64,000 nt of DNA. It comes from Schizochytrium sp. TIO01 (lineage: Eukaryota; Protista; Bigyra: Labyrinthulomycetes). Numbering within the stretch: the first letter of the stretch is position 1; the number at the start of each line of letters is the position of its first letter. Both the position numbers and the translations under genes were made by a program. Shown here in pieces: positions 10,490 through 22,161 of this stretch. Where the stretch lies: the NCBI GenBank assembly GCA_004764695.1, contig SMSO01000032.1, forward strand, positions 8,402,483-8,466,482. The letters are read 5' to 3'. Under the pieces are notes generated by a model. It did no database searches. It was not told the origin of the DNA and saw nothing but the letters and a program-made list of their open reading frames with translations.

Positions 10490-12595
10490 CTAGTGAAGCG
10501 CAAGAAGGTTTTGCTTGACTTTCCAAAGGTAATGAATCTCATCCCAATAAACATATGTTGGGATGTGTGAGACCTTCGAGATGACACCCTTTACTCTGGC
10601 GCCGGGGTTTTGTTTGAGCTTATCAACAAGTGGACGTGAATAAACTTCAGATTCTAAGAAAGTGTTGCTTTGGTTATACATAAACTCCTCCAATCGGAAA
10701 AGATCACTAGGGTCTTTATACCAGTGGAAGGCCACTGGGATCTCGCTGCCTGTTGTTTCCAAAAAGTATCGTACCAGGAAATTGATGTAAGAAAAAAGAA
10801 ATACACATTAAAGCAACAGAGAAGTCAGTATTTTCACTCAAATACAAAAAAGATCAGTGAAGAATGCCAAATTGTGCAAGGTAAAAGTAAACGTACAGCA
10901 GATTGAGGATTGTGGTTTTTTGTCTGTTTGCGGTCCGTGAAAGGTCCATTTGTAATAAATGACCCAAGGTCATCATTGTTTGTTTGTATTAAGTTAGTTG
11001 GGATGTCAAGGAAATATCAAGAAATCAAAAAGAAGCCAAGGACGAGCATAAGGACTGCACTATCCACTTGGTTACATTACGGCCCGATTCTGCTTGAGTA
11101 AAATATCATGAACTTACACCAGTACCAAGAGTGAGTTCCCTCACGCTTCCGCAAATAAAGCGCATCAGAAATACGCATAAGATTGACCTTCTGCATTCCA
11201 AAACGATCTTCCAGAGTCGTAGGCTGAATACCAGCATCGAACATGCAAATGGCCTCGACAACCTCTTGAGAAGCACCATCACGATCCACACAGCGATTGC
11301 GAGCAAATTTCTCCCGAGGACCATATTCATTGGGCATAGTCTTGTATAGAGGCACAACCTTGCGCAGTGCACCGCGACTCACTCCGACCCAAGCACCATT
11401 TACAAAAGGCCGTGGGGCAAGATGAGAGACGTGACCAAAATAACGTGGTTCTTCCGGGTCCCAGTTATTGAGCGCAAAATGAAGTTTTGCAAATTCTACA
11501 AAGAAGAAGGTATCATCATCGATTTTTGCAAAAAAGTCTGCAGATTCGAGGTCATTATCATAAATGTAATCCCAAGCTCGCCATACTTTCTCCCAAATAT
11601 GACGGCATGGGACCGCCACTCCATGTTGCTTACAGCTTGCAGCTGTAGAATGAGGCATATATAGTACATTCTTGTTAGTTTGTCTATTTCACTTCGAGCA
11701 GAAGGGGCACAGATCGATAAGTTAAGCAGCCGGTGCAACACTACACATAATATCTCGCTTCGGTGAAGTTGAATTCCCTCTTGCCCCCTGCTGCTTAAAC
11801 AACAGGAAGTGACTTAGTATCCCACAGCAGCAAGGATGTAGGTAAGCCACGAATTTAGTACTTACTGGTATAACGTTTGTCTTTTGACATCTCGTCATTT
11901 TGACGGACAAGAGGCAACTGGACCATTTCTACCTTAACTGATGGATCTGAAGATGGGAAATACTTCGGAAAGATGGTACCCTTTGGCGCTGGATCGATGA
12001 AGAGCTTGATCACATCACAGCGCTTTCCCCAGGTAGAAACTACGGCCTCAATTTTCGCCTTGCGGTGCTCTGCAAAAATAGTGGGCACCATGCAATAAAA
12101 ACGGTAGTTTGACATTTTATCCTTGAAAGACGAGTACTCAAGAAGCATCTGCTGATCACGACCTTGCAATGTGTCACTGGACCCTGACTGAATCTCTTCG
12201 CTCTGGGCACCACGGGGGCTACTGTCCACCTTGTCATGTCTAAGTTGTGCCTTGAGCTGTTCGTTTTCGTACTTGACCTCACGCAGAGAATCCTCAAGGT
12301 GCACAATCTTTGCACGAGTGATAACATCGAGTGCGAGCTGATCAATTTTAGGAGCTGCACCGTTGCTTTGGCTTGATGCAAGAGCTGAGTCTCCCAGAGC
12401 GTTATACTGCCCTAATATGAAGTAGCCTCCAAAGAGGATCGTGCAAATGAGGATAACAAGGGCCGACTTCCGAATCTTGCGCGAAGCAGTAAGCTCATTC
12501 TTTTTGTAGGTCTTGCTACCGAGCTTTGGACGATAGTAGTGTTCCGACGTAGGAGACCTCCCCTCAACGTCTGAGCTCCAAGGCTGGTACAACAT
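10490..12595 (-). CDS. GT31-family (C1GALT1/Fringe-like beta-1,3-galactosyltransferase) type II membrane glycosyltransferase; exons 12595-11866, 11642-11118, 10923-10897, 10749-10490
   Basis: N-terminal TM helix (SALVILICTILFGGYFILG), coiled-coil stem, V-x-x-TWGKRCD, WEKVWRAWDYIY, DFFAKIDDDTF (DxD), YFGH, and spliced WYWYKKPQSSICCSEIPVAFHW. All three introns are GT-AG and phase 1; intron 1 has an ACTAAC branch site. Confidence 0.88.
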
Positions 12596-14400
12596 GGTAC
12601 CTAACCTCTGTGTTGATTTATGTCTGTAAGCACTAGATTTATCAAAAATAAAATAGCCACTCGCGTTTGCCAAGCAGTCAGAGTCGGCACGAGTTCCGCT
12701 CCTTTAAGGGCGAATGGTGTCTGTGAATGTCAGTTGTCTCACAATATCCAGGGGTTTTGCCATATCCTGCGTTTTAAAGAGCGTGAAGAGATGTCGGAAC
12801 TCGGGCTCCTGCGTTCAACCAGGAAAGGAGACAAGTGGGATTCCTCACTTAGGTCAATCAATGGCTTTCCCTTCCTTACCTTCTTAGCAGCTACGAACTC
12901 GGCACACCCGACACAAGGCTTTGAGGTGCCTTGGGGCGCTTTGAGGCGAATGCGTTTTATGATCTGTTATATACCTACACCACTCCGCCTTGCTCAGCAG
13001 CTGTGTCAGCGGCGCAGTTAAACGCGCCTTCTTTCCTGCCGACCCAAAGCTGCGCCAGAGCAGATGGAGGTCACGTTACGGCACAGTGCGACGGGACGTG
13101 AAGTCCCTTTATCAGGCACTGGGCCGTCTTTTGTGATTTGGCAGCTCGCTTTTGTTCTCCAATATTTTGTTGCCAATCTTGCGCAATTGATAATGATCAA
13201 TTTTATTGCAGAGTAAAGAGTGGAGGAAAATGGTATAAAAAAAGAACTGGTTTAGCATGATGGACTTCAGCACCTTTTCCAAAGGTCTGTACGAGTAGAT
13301 CTATTGCTCATGACAGTTTGCTTGTGTACGCATTGAAAAGGAGATATACTTCCTCAGGTTTGGTTCTGTGAAGGAGGCAGTCATGTTTCTTTTTTAACTG
13401 TAGAAGTTGTATCAATGATGCCAATTTTAGTTTGTGGTTGCGAGTTTTATAGTGATGGTACCGATACTAGGCTACAGAAGAAGGTTATCGTCCGAGGTAA
13501 GTGCTGTTGGGAATAGTCGGTGAGGAGTGTTTTATTTTAGTTATTATTATTTTTTAACCGATGTTTTTTCTGAAGATTACTATTCAATCTGTAGATTGTG
13601 CACTTTGAAGCATGTAGCCCCTTCGTAAGATATACATTCGTAACGAGCATCGCCTCACCTCCTCTAGAATGATGATGTAATTGCTTTTCACAGCAGCACA
13701 CGTATGTCGTTTGTTAGCTGGAGTGGAATTTCTGTGTCCTATGATCAACATAAAGAGAGAAAAATCCTCCATATAAGCATGAGTGTAACCACCCACAATT
13801 AATCACAGAGCTTCTAATCTCGTTACACGGATACTTTATTAAGATCTCAAAAGAACCCAAATCGAAGCCATCTCATTCATGAGACAGAAGGCATGGTGTA
13901 CAGAGTAGTGCACAGAGGGCAAGGCATTTCAACACTACTCCTCTCGAAGGAGATGAAAAACCCGCTGCAAACATCTGACTTTTATTCGCCTCAAGTACAG
14001 GTTGGATTGGTCGCACATGATTTGAACAGTCCTAATAGCTAGCTAATTGCTCTGCAGGGGTAATCAACAGCAAAAAGTGTAGATATCGCAGTGTTTCGGC
14101 AAAAAATGTGAAAATATATTTATGATGCGTGAAGAAACGTGTGTCAGTCAGTCAGGCAGGCAGGCATGCATGCATGCAGGCATCCGTCTTTGGATCATGT
14201 GTTGTGTTGCGTGGCAGTTGTGCGTGTATGTGTTGCGCCTTTTAAAGCGAGGCATGTGCTGCAATGTTCTTGTGTTCGAGTCGAAAGCATTGCCTCATGT
14301 TCGATCTTCCGACCGCCAGCTTGTGCTTTTCGATTCTTGATGGGGTGACATGCGAAAGTAGTTTGTGGCTGTTGATGGTCTGCGGCGTGACCCGTTTTGT

Positions 14401-15246
14401 TTAGCTGGGGGGGAGGTCCGCGAGATCAACAACGGTGCGGTTCTCCTCGCCGTCATCCTCTCCGGCGACGGTAGACCTGGACATAGCAATGATTCCTGAG
14501 CGAGCACCCTCAACGATTCCGTAGGGCTCAAGCATGCGGAAGAGAGCATCCACGCGACGGCTCCAAGAGACGACCTCGATGATGATGGACTCAGAGCCGA
14601 TGTCGATAACCTTGCCCTCGAACATCTTGGCGACATCAAGGATAGCCTGGCGGTGGAAGTGCGAAGCCATCATCTCGTCGTAGTTGTGCGCCGCGGTGGC
14701 CACCACGCGGCCGTCATCGGTGGCGGGAGGGGGAATGCAGGAGACCTTGATGATGGCAAGCTCACGCTCGATGATGTTCTTGTTGCGGTAGTCGAGCACA
14801 GCCCAGACGTCCACGAGGTCCTCAAGCTGGCGCACGGCCTGCTCGATTTGGGTGTCGGGGCCCTTGACAGCAATGGTCACACGGCTGAGCTCCTTGACGT
14901 CGGTAGAGCTGACGGTAAGAGAGTCAATGTTGAAGCCGCGAGCGCTCATGAGGCCGGAGATCTTGGAGAGCACACCGGGGGAGTCATCCACGAGCACACT
15001 CATGATGTGCTTCTTGGGCTTCTCCTTCACGGCCGGCGTGTTGTACAGGATGTTGTTCACGGCGTCCTCCGCCGTGCGCTTGCCCTTGGCGCCGCGAGAG
15101 ACACCAACGAAGGAGTCCAGGCGCTGGAGGCCTGTCGAGTCGGAGCCAGAAGAGGAGGCCAGGCCGCGCACAAGGCAGCGGCGGGCCACGGGGGCCGCAC
15201 GGGCGCCCTGGCGCTGGCACGCACCACGCAAGAGTCCAGACAGCAT
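14401..15246 (-). CDS. ILV6: Acetolactate synthase small (regulatory) subunit with predicted mitochondrial presequence
   Basis: ACT domain SVLVDDSPGVLSKISGLMSARGFNIDSLTVS, IERELAIIKV, EPYGIVEGARSGIIAMSR, and the fungal-type C-terminus DLPPS. N-terminus is Arg/Ala-rich and lacks acidic residues. Confidence 0.95.
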   Translation of the reverse strand: MLSGLLRGACQRQGARAAPVARRCLVRGLASSSGSDSTGLQRLDSFVGVSRGAKGKRTAEDAVNNILYNTPAVKEKPKKHIMSVLVDDSPGVLSKISGLMSARGFNIDSLTVSSTDVKELSRVTIAVKGPDTQIEQAVRQLEDLVDVWAVLDYRNKNIIERELAIIKVSCIPPPATDDGRVVATAAHNYDEMMASHFHRQAILDVAKMFEGKVIDIGSESIIIEVVSWSRRVDALFRMLEPYGIVEGARSGIIAMSRSTVAGEDDGEENRTVVDLADLPPS

Positions 15247-15424
15247 CGTGGTTTTGATTGCGAACTGCCTGCCGTCGCCAACTAAGGAAGTAATTGCAAC
15301 ATTGCTCGATCAATCAATCGATCAATCGACTCCCTAAGCCATCCTAAGCCTGAGATAGCACCCCTTTCGCTCTGTTATTTCTCTTTTCTTTGGTGGAAAC
15401 TTTAAAAAAAATCATATCCTAAAG

Positions 15425-15607
15425 AACAAACAAATACAAACAAACAAATACAAACAAACAGACAAATACAAACAAACAGACAAATACAAACAAACAAATA
15501 CAAACAAACTTGAGCAACAACTAAATTGAAAGTCCTGAAAATGAAAATGAAAAATAAAATGAAAAATGAAGAATAAAATGAAATGAAAGTGAAAGTGAAA
15601 ATGAAAA
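15425..15607. repeat. Compound microsatellite (CAAA/TACAAA then ATGAAA-type units) upstream of ILV6
   Basis: Directly visible. Confidence 0.85.
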
Positions 15608-16898
15608 GGAAGAAGCTTCAACTAATCAACTCTCTGCCCAAGCGCACCTAAGAACAACCATCTCTGCGGATCGACTCAAGCGCTTTCTCTCTCTTGAAAG
15701 CCTCTCTCTCTTCTTGGTCTCTGCTCTTTCTCCACACTCAGACACAAACACAAACACCACACAGAAGGAAGACCGAGGCCAAGCAGAAAGCGAAAAGAGT
15801 CAACACGCGCTAAAGCCACATCGACGTGTGAACGGAATAGGAATGGTTTTCATGGCCCTCTTTCCATCATTCTCTCTCTCTTTACTTTCTCTCTCTCTCT
15901 CTCTCTTTCCTCTCTTTCTGCGCTGTTTTTAGCTTTGGCTTTGCACAGTTTATTTTATGCATAAGAGAGAGGAGCAGTCGCTACTTCTCTGTAGCACTGC
16001 GTATGGAATGAATGATATTGTGATGACTTTGCGATGATCATTGATCTCATCTTTAGTCGAAGATGCATACATACATACATACATAATCAGACGGGCCAAT
16101 GTAGGGCAGGATCCAGGGTGTGCCAGGAGGCAAAGCCAGCGGTGGAGGGAGAGGGGCCTCACGGCTGATTGAAGGCATGGCTTGAGCGAAGACATCAACC
16201 AGCCCATCAGTCGATCAATTTATCTGATTGCGTTGCATTGCATTGCAACGTGTTGCATTGCATTGCATTGCATTGATTACATTACCATTGATTACAATGT
16301 GTTGGTTGATTGATGCTCACTTTTAAGAGGTTTAGCGAGAAAAGGCTTTCTTTGCGTTGGGTAGTGGCCGCATAGAGTAAACGGTAGCCGTGGAGAGCTT
16401 TACAGTACCTTTTTCATTTCAATCTATTGATTGATTGATTGATTGATGGATGATCGTAGTTTTTCTTTTGAGCGAATAAGTGAATGAATTCCTACTCATC
16501 GATAACGAGCGAACAGGCAGATCAACTCGCGATTGTGGGGCACTTTCGAAGCGTGTGCTCTGCTTCGTTCGTGGATGAAGCTGCTGCTACATACCAGCTC
16601 TGCTTCAATCAATAGTTGCTTCTTAGTTCTTTATCTATTTGACTGTTTGTCTGTTTGACTGTTTGATTGTTTGTTTGTTTGTTTGACCTGTGTGTTTTAT
16701 GATGTCAATGAGTTTTTAGTCATTTTCTTGAGCTTGCACGTTCAACCGGGGTGTCATTCGTGTGCATCAAGGCCTCGCAGACCGCCTTCGCAGCATGCAC
16801 AAGCCTCGGGGCGACCTCGACCAGAAGCTGTCTGCAGCAGGCAGACCTCTGCAAAGAAACGAGGCCTCGAGGCCACACGCCGCCTCAAAATCGCAGCA

Positions 16899-17236
16899 AA
16901 ACAAACAAACAAACAAACAAACAAACAAACAAACAAACAAACAAACAAACAAACACCTCCTTGGCAGCAACAAACAAACAAACAATAAATGAATGCAATG
17001 GCAACCGTGTCGAGATTTCACGGCACCGGAGGCGGCCTGAAACTGAGGAAGGAAGAATCGGCGCTAATCGGGAGAGGACATGGCGAGCGAACCACAATCC
17101 ACCCCACCAAACCTCATCGCAGAACGAGTCGTAACCATGAGTTCATTCCTTGTCTCGCCTCGCATTACATTGCGTTACATCGCACTACATTACATTGCAT
17201 TACATTGCATTGCATTGCATTGCATTACATTGCACT
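16899..17236. repeat. (AAAC)n array followed by (CATTG/CATTA)n pentanucleotide array
   Basis: (AAAC)n at ~16899-16984; pentamer array at ~17160-17236. Confidence 0.9.
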
Positions 17237-20122
17237 ACACCGCCTTTATAAGGGATTAAAAAGGCACCTGCTACTGTTAAGCGTAGCAGGCCTGGTAGGA
17301 GCCGCGCAAAGTGCTAAAAGGAGGGACTTGGAGGATAGTCCAGACAGCGATCACTGCACTCCAGGAACACGCCCTCGGTCTGTCTCAGGGCGTGCAGGGC
17401 GCGAGTGACGAATGATGCGCGAGCCAGGCCGGGCTGTGGATGGATGCCTAGGCAGGTAGGTGCCTTCGGGGCCAGGTCGCGTCAGTTCAGGTCGGTTGGA
17501 TTCCCTTTGGGTGCGAGCTACGGTCTGCTTGGGCGAGTTGAGAGTGCTGAGGACCATGAGCAAGCAACAAACGAGGGGAAAATCAATTCACGAATGAAAT
17601 GGAATCCTTGCGTGGGTTTTCATGAACCAAGTGATGGTTTCGTTCGCCTCGCTCGCAGATTCATCACTCTCGTCACCGCTCCGATGAAAGTGGCAGATTG
17701 GTGCAGGATTTGAAGGGAGCATTTCCAGCTGGTTTGGGAGCGACGCTGGTTGCGGAATGTGGACCAAGTCCAGGTGCTTTGATTGCCAAACGAGTTACTC
17801 GCCTGTTTCGTATTGCCTGTGACACGCATGCATGCATGTGTTGGAGCCACGAGAGTTGTCTATGGCTTGGGCTCGCTTGCAAGTTATTTCGTGCAAGTGG
17901 GCTCGGGCTGGCTAGCTAGACAGGTCTGCGGAGCCTGATTGCTCGCGCATTCGTAAGCACACACAAGTGCGCCGGCAAGAACTGAGGCAGCAGCAGGAGC
18001 GGCAGAGCTCTCACACCAAACTTTGGAATGTGTTTTCAGACCTGCTTTGCTTGCGAGCTCGTGGTCCTTGTGGGAAGATTGCAGCACTTGTAGCACCAAC
18101 TGGCCTTGGTAGGATGGTGGCTGGCTAAAATTATTGATGACCCCGCCCGAATTTTTGCAAACTCTGGCTTTGGTCAACTTACTGCCTTAACAAAGAATCC
18201 CAAGCAAGCCACCAGCGTCGAGACCAACGTGTCAAAATACACGTTCTCTCGGCCATGCAAGCAGAGACCGGGACGAACAGCTGAGTTTGTCAAGGCGACC
18301 TTGATAATACTTACTCCTTCCTGAAAAAAGCGCTTGAGTGCCCATATTCTATAGGAACTGCTCTCTGCTACTACATCTCATTGCAGTAAAATTCTAATCG
18401 TAGTAGATTGATGCCATGGCCAACACGTCATTTGGGGGTCCTTTTGAGCGTCTTTTATTTTATTTTTAGCTGTCTTGTTTGATTTATTGTGTTTCTTTGA
18501 TTTTTGTTATCCTCATGCACGAATAACATCCTCGTCAGGTTCGACTTTCTTTGTCAAAGTTGAGCAACACGAACACCAACAGCCAGCAGAACCCTCGAAA
18601 AGCTTGTACTACTAAGTCTCTGTAGGTAGGGCTCGCTAGCTAGCCAGCTACTGCCTGGTTAGAACCCGCCTGTTAAAAACCACAATCCATGCATGCCTTG
18701 GTGGCTCTTTCTATTTTAGAAACAGCACTTAACTAATTCATCATGTTTAGGTCCTGATCGACAGTTGTCAGCTGTGATTTCATCGCACTGCATCAGTTTG
18801 GCATGGAGCATTCCACAATATTTACTGCCTCTTCGCGCAGGTGCGTGGTGTTCGTTTGTGCACTTGCACAAATAGAATAAAGCATTCAATTGGCTTTCCC
18901 GCAAGTGAACAATCCGCTCCGCAAGTGAGTTATAGCCCGCGTAGACAAGTGGAAGTTAAAACCTGTGGCCACGGCCACCGGTTCCGATCGCCCTCACGAG
19001 TGTCCGACGGACCACAGCTTCCACGCAAGTAACCGGACAGTCCTCTCCTGCTCCGAGCATCGTGAAAGCCAAGTTTGCATGCCCAACGAGCTGTCCAAGG
19101 ACCAAATAAACCGGCATCGGCATCGGCATCAGAGCATTACAATCGCCATCTCAATTGCAATTGCAATTGCAATTCCGCACCACGAGACCTCCAAGAACTC
19201 TAGCAGGCACTCCTAACACCCTATAAGCAACTCCTAAGGTATCTCCAAGATAGATCCTGCCTCCGCACTTTACCCTTCACAAATTGGCCCCTTCAGACTG
19301 CACCCTCAGCGCTGCTTCAGCTCTCGATCGACCCTGCCTCGCCTCAAGCTTCGAGCGCCCTCTCGCTTCTGAGCACCTGCTCCGTGCTAAGCAGGCCCTC
19401 CAACACGAAACCTCAAAGATCATCGTGGCCACGATCCTAAAAAGCCAAAAGCCCTCAGAAGGAAGAAGCAAAGGTGAAACAAGGAGTGGCGGTGAGACCT
19501 TAGTACCCCATAGCCCACTCCTAGGCACCGACCCTGGAGTTGGTCTCTGGAATTGCTGGAGGAGATAGTTTTGGAATGATTTTCTTTCTTTTCTTTTCTT
19601 TTCTCTTTAAAGTTGAAAACTCTTTGTTTGTTTGTTTGTAGGAGGTTCGTTAGTAGTCGTGGTAGTAGTAGCAGTATGTCTTGCCTGTGTAAGAGGAAAA
19701 AAAGCGCTTTTAGTAGAGACAGAACTTGTGAGCTGCATAGCGCTAACTGTAGTAGGTAGTAGCAGTTGGATTCCTGCTTTGTATCTTTGGGCAATGAGAG
19801 AGGACGAAGGACCTATTTCTTTTTAGTTTCATTTAGCTAATAAGTCGGTAGTTAAAAGGAGAGGAAATCAATGTAGCAAGTTTTGGTTTCTTTTTTTCTT
19901 TGTTTCTTCTTTGGGTTAATTGATTAGGTTTGATAAGAATATTGTAGGGCTGGAAATAGATGGATGCAGATGATCGATTGATTCCAATTGCAAGGTAAAG
20001 ACCGATCGCTCGCTTGCCGTGCGCTTGCTCACTTGCTCCTCGAGCAAGCAGAACAAGCCTCCTCTGCACACTCCTCGCGCAGGCCCCTTTGCAGATTTAG
20101 CTAAGACTTACCTCTCGCCACC

Positions 20123-22161
20123 ATGGCCGGTGCTCAGAGCCACGCTGCCATCCAGGGCAGCACCGCTGACAAGGTCAAGGTGCAGCGCGCTCTCCTCAGT
20201 GTGAGTGACAAGGGTGAGCTTCTCGCCCTTGGCCAGTTCCTCGCCGAGCAGGGCGTTGAGCTCCTCTCCACTGGCGGTACCGCCAAGACTCTCCGCGATG
20301 CTGGCCTTGTCGTCAAGGACGTCGCTGAGGTGACTGGTTCCCCGGAGATGCTCGACGGTCGCGTCAAGTCTCTCCACCCTAAGATCCACGGTGGTATCCT
20401 TGCTGTTCGCGGCAACGAGAAACACGCTCAGGACATGGTTGACAACGGCATTGGCGCTATCGACATGGTCGTGCTCAACCTCTACCCCTTCGAGCAGACC
20501 GTCGCCAGCGGATCCGACTTTGCCACCTGCGTGGAGAACGTCGACATTGGTGGCCCCGCCATGCTCCGCGCTGCTGCCAAGAACCACTCTGCCGTGACCA
20601 TCGTGACCAGCCCCTCCCAGTACGCTTCCCTCATGGACACTATGCGTGAGAACGACGGCTGCACCACCATGGCCCTCCGCAAGGCCTTCGCCGCTGCCGC
20701 CTTCTCCCTCTCTGCTCAGTACGATGGTGCCATCGCCTCTTACTTTGCCAAGGAGGTCCAGACCCCCACCCCGGCTGTCACTCGCACCTACGCCGTCGAG
20801 AGACCTCTCAAGTACGGCTGCAACCCGAACCAGACTCCCGCCGCGCTCTGCCGCATCGCTGGCACCCCTATGCCCTTCGAGGTGCTCAACGGCAACCCCG
20901 GTTACATCAACCTCCTCGACGCCTCCAACGCCTGGCAGCTCGTTCGTGAGCTCCGCGCCGCTCTCAACGTTGCCGCCGCCGCCTCCTTCAAGCACGTCAG
21001 CCCCGCCGGTGCTGCCGTCGCCGTCCCTCTCACCGAGGTCGAGTACAAGGCTTACGAGATGGAGGGCCGCAACCTTACCCTCACCGACTCCGCCCTCGCC
21101 TACCTCCGTGCCCGCCAGGCTGACCCCATGTCTTCCTTTGGTGACTTCGCCGCTCTCTCCCACGTCGTGGACAAGGATACCGCCATGGTGCTCAAGACTG
21201 AGGTGAGTGACGGTATCGTGGCCCCCGGCTACGATGACGATGCCCTTGAGATCCTTAAGGCCAAGAAGAAGGGTGGCTTCATTGTGCTCAAGGCCGACCT
21301 CGGCTTCGAGCCCCCCCAGAACGAGTACCGCGAGGTGTTCGGCCAGGGATTCATGCAGCGCCGCAACGACTGCAAGATCTCCCCCAAGTCTCTCGAGAAG
21401 GTTGTCACCACCAAGGCCACCACCATCTCCGAGGACGCCCAGCGCGATCTTACCGTGGCCTCCATCGCTCTCAAGTACACCCAGTCTAACTCTGTTGGCT
21501 ACGCCAAGAACGGTCAGATGATCGGTGTCGGCGCTGGCCAGCAGTCCCGCGTTGACTGTGTCAAGCTCGCTGGACGCAAGGTTCAGGTTTGGTACCTCCG
21601 TCAGCACCCCAAGGTTCTTGGACTCAAGTTCAAGGAGGGCGTCAAGCGCCAGGACCGCATCAACGCTCGCGTGCGCTACATCGAGGGTGACTTCACCGAC
21701 CTTGAGCGCCAGCACTGGGAGACCCTCTTCGAGGAGATCCCCGAGCCCCTCACCCAGGAGGAGAAGGACGAGTTCATGACCACCCTCAAGGGTGTCGGTA
21801 AGTATAACAGCAATAATACTCATGTGCATTTAAAGAGCTCACTGCTTCACAAATGCATGATGGTATCAGCGATAGCAATATTTTGTTTGGCATCATTCTT
21901 TGATGAGGTAAACTTCAGTGTTTTATTCCTGCAACACGAACGATCGACTAACTTTGTATCTATGCTTTTTCTTAAAACCCCACAGCCAACAGCTCCGACG
22001 CCTTCTACCCCTTCCGCGACAACATCGATGTGCTCAGCCGCTACGGTGTTGAGTTCATCTCCCAGCCCGGTGGCTCCGTCAAGGACTCCGAGATCATTGA
22101 GGCCGCTGACCAGTACAACATGGCCATGGCTTTCACCGGCGACCGTCTCTTCCACCACTAA
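20123..22161 (+). CDS. ATIC: Bifunctional AICAR transformylase/IMP cyclohydrolase; exons 20123-21797 and 21986-22161
   Basis: [64 protein letters not shown] and GQQSRVDCV. Intron 21798-21985 (G|GTAAGT...CACAG|CC) restores the C-terminus [17 protein letters not shown]...QPGGS...RLFHH*. Confidence 0.97.

Noticed and set aside
14653-15337. 210-aa and 161-aa ORFs antisense to ILV6
   Set aside because: Codon-bias shadows of a GC-rich gene.
16671-17408. Multiple 70-140-aa ORFs with KQTN/VCLF/LHCI repeats
   Set aside because: Translations of microsatellites; the same applies to similar ORFs at ~15.4, 25.1, 48.2, 49.6 and 57.4 kb.
20108-21829. 573-aa antisense ORF over ATIC
   Set aside because: Shadow ORF produced by the strong codon bias of ATIC; it has no motifs of its own.
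6993-22161. Metabolic gene cluster or operon (PPTase, trpA, ILV6, ATIC)
   Set aside because: Unrelated pathways, mixed strands, long spacers and an interleaved glycosyltransferase; no evidence of co-regulation.
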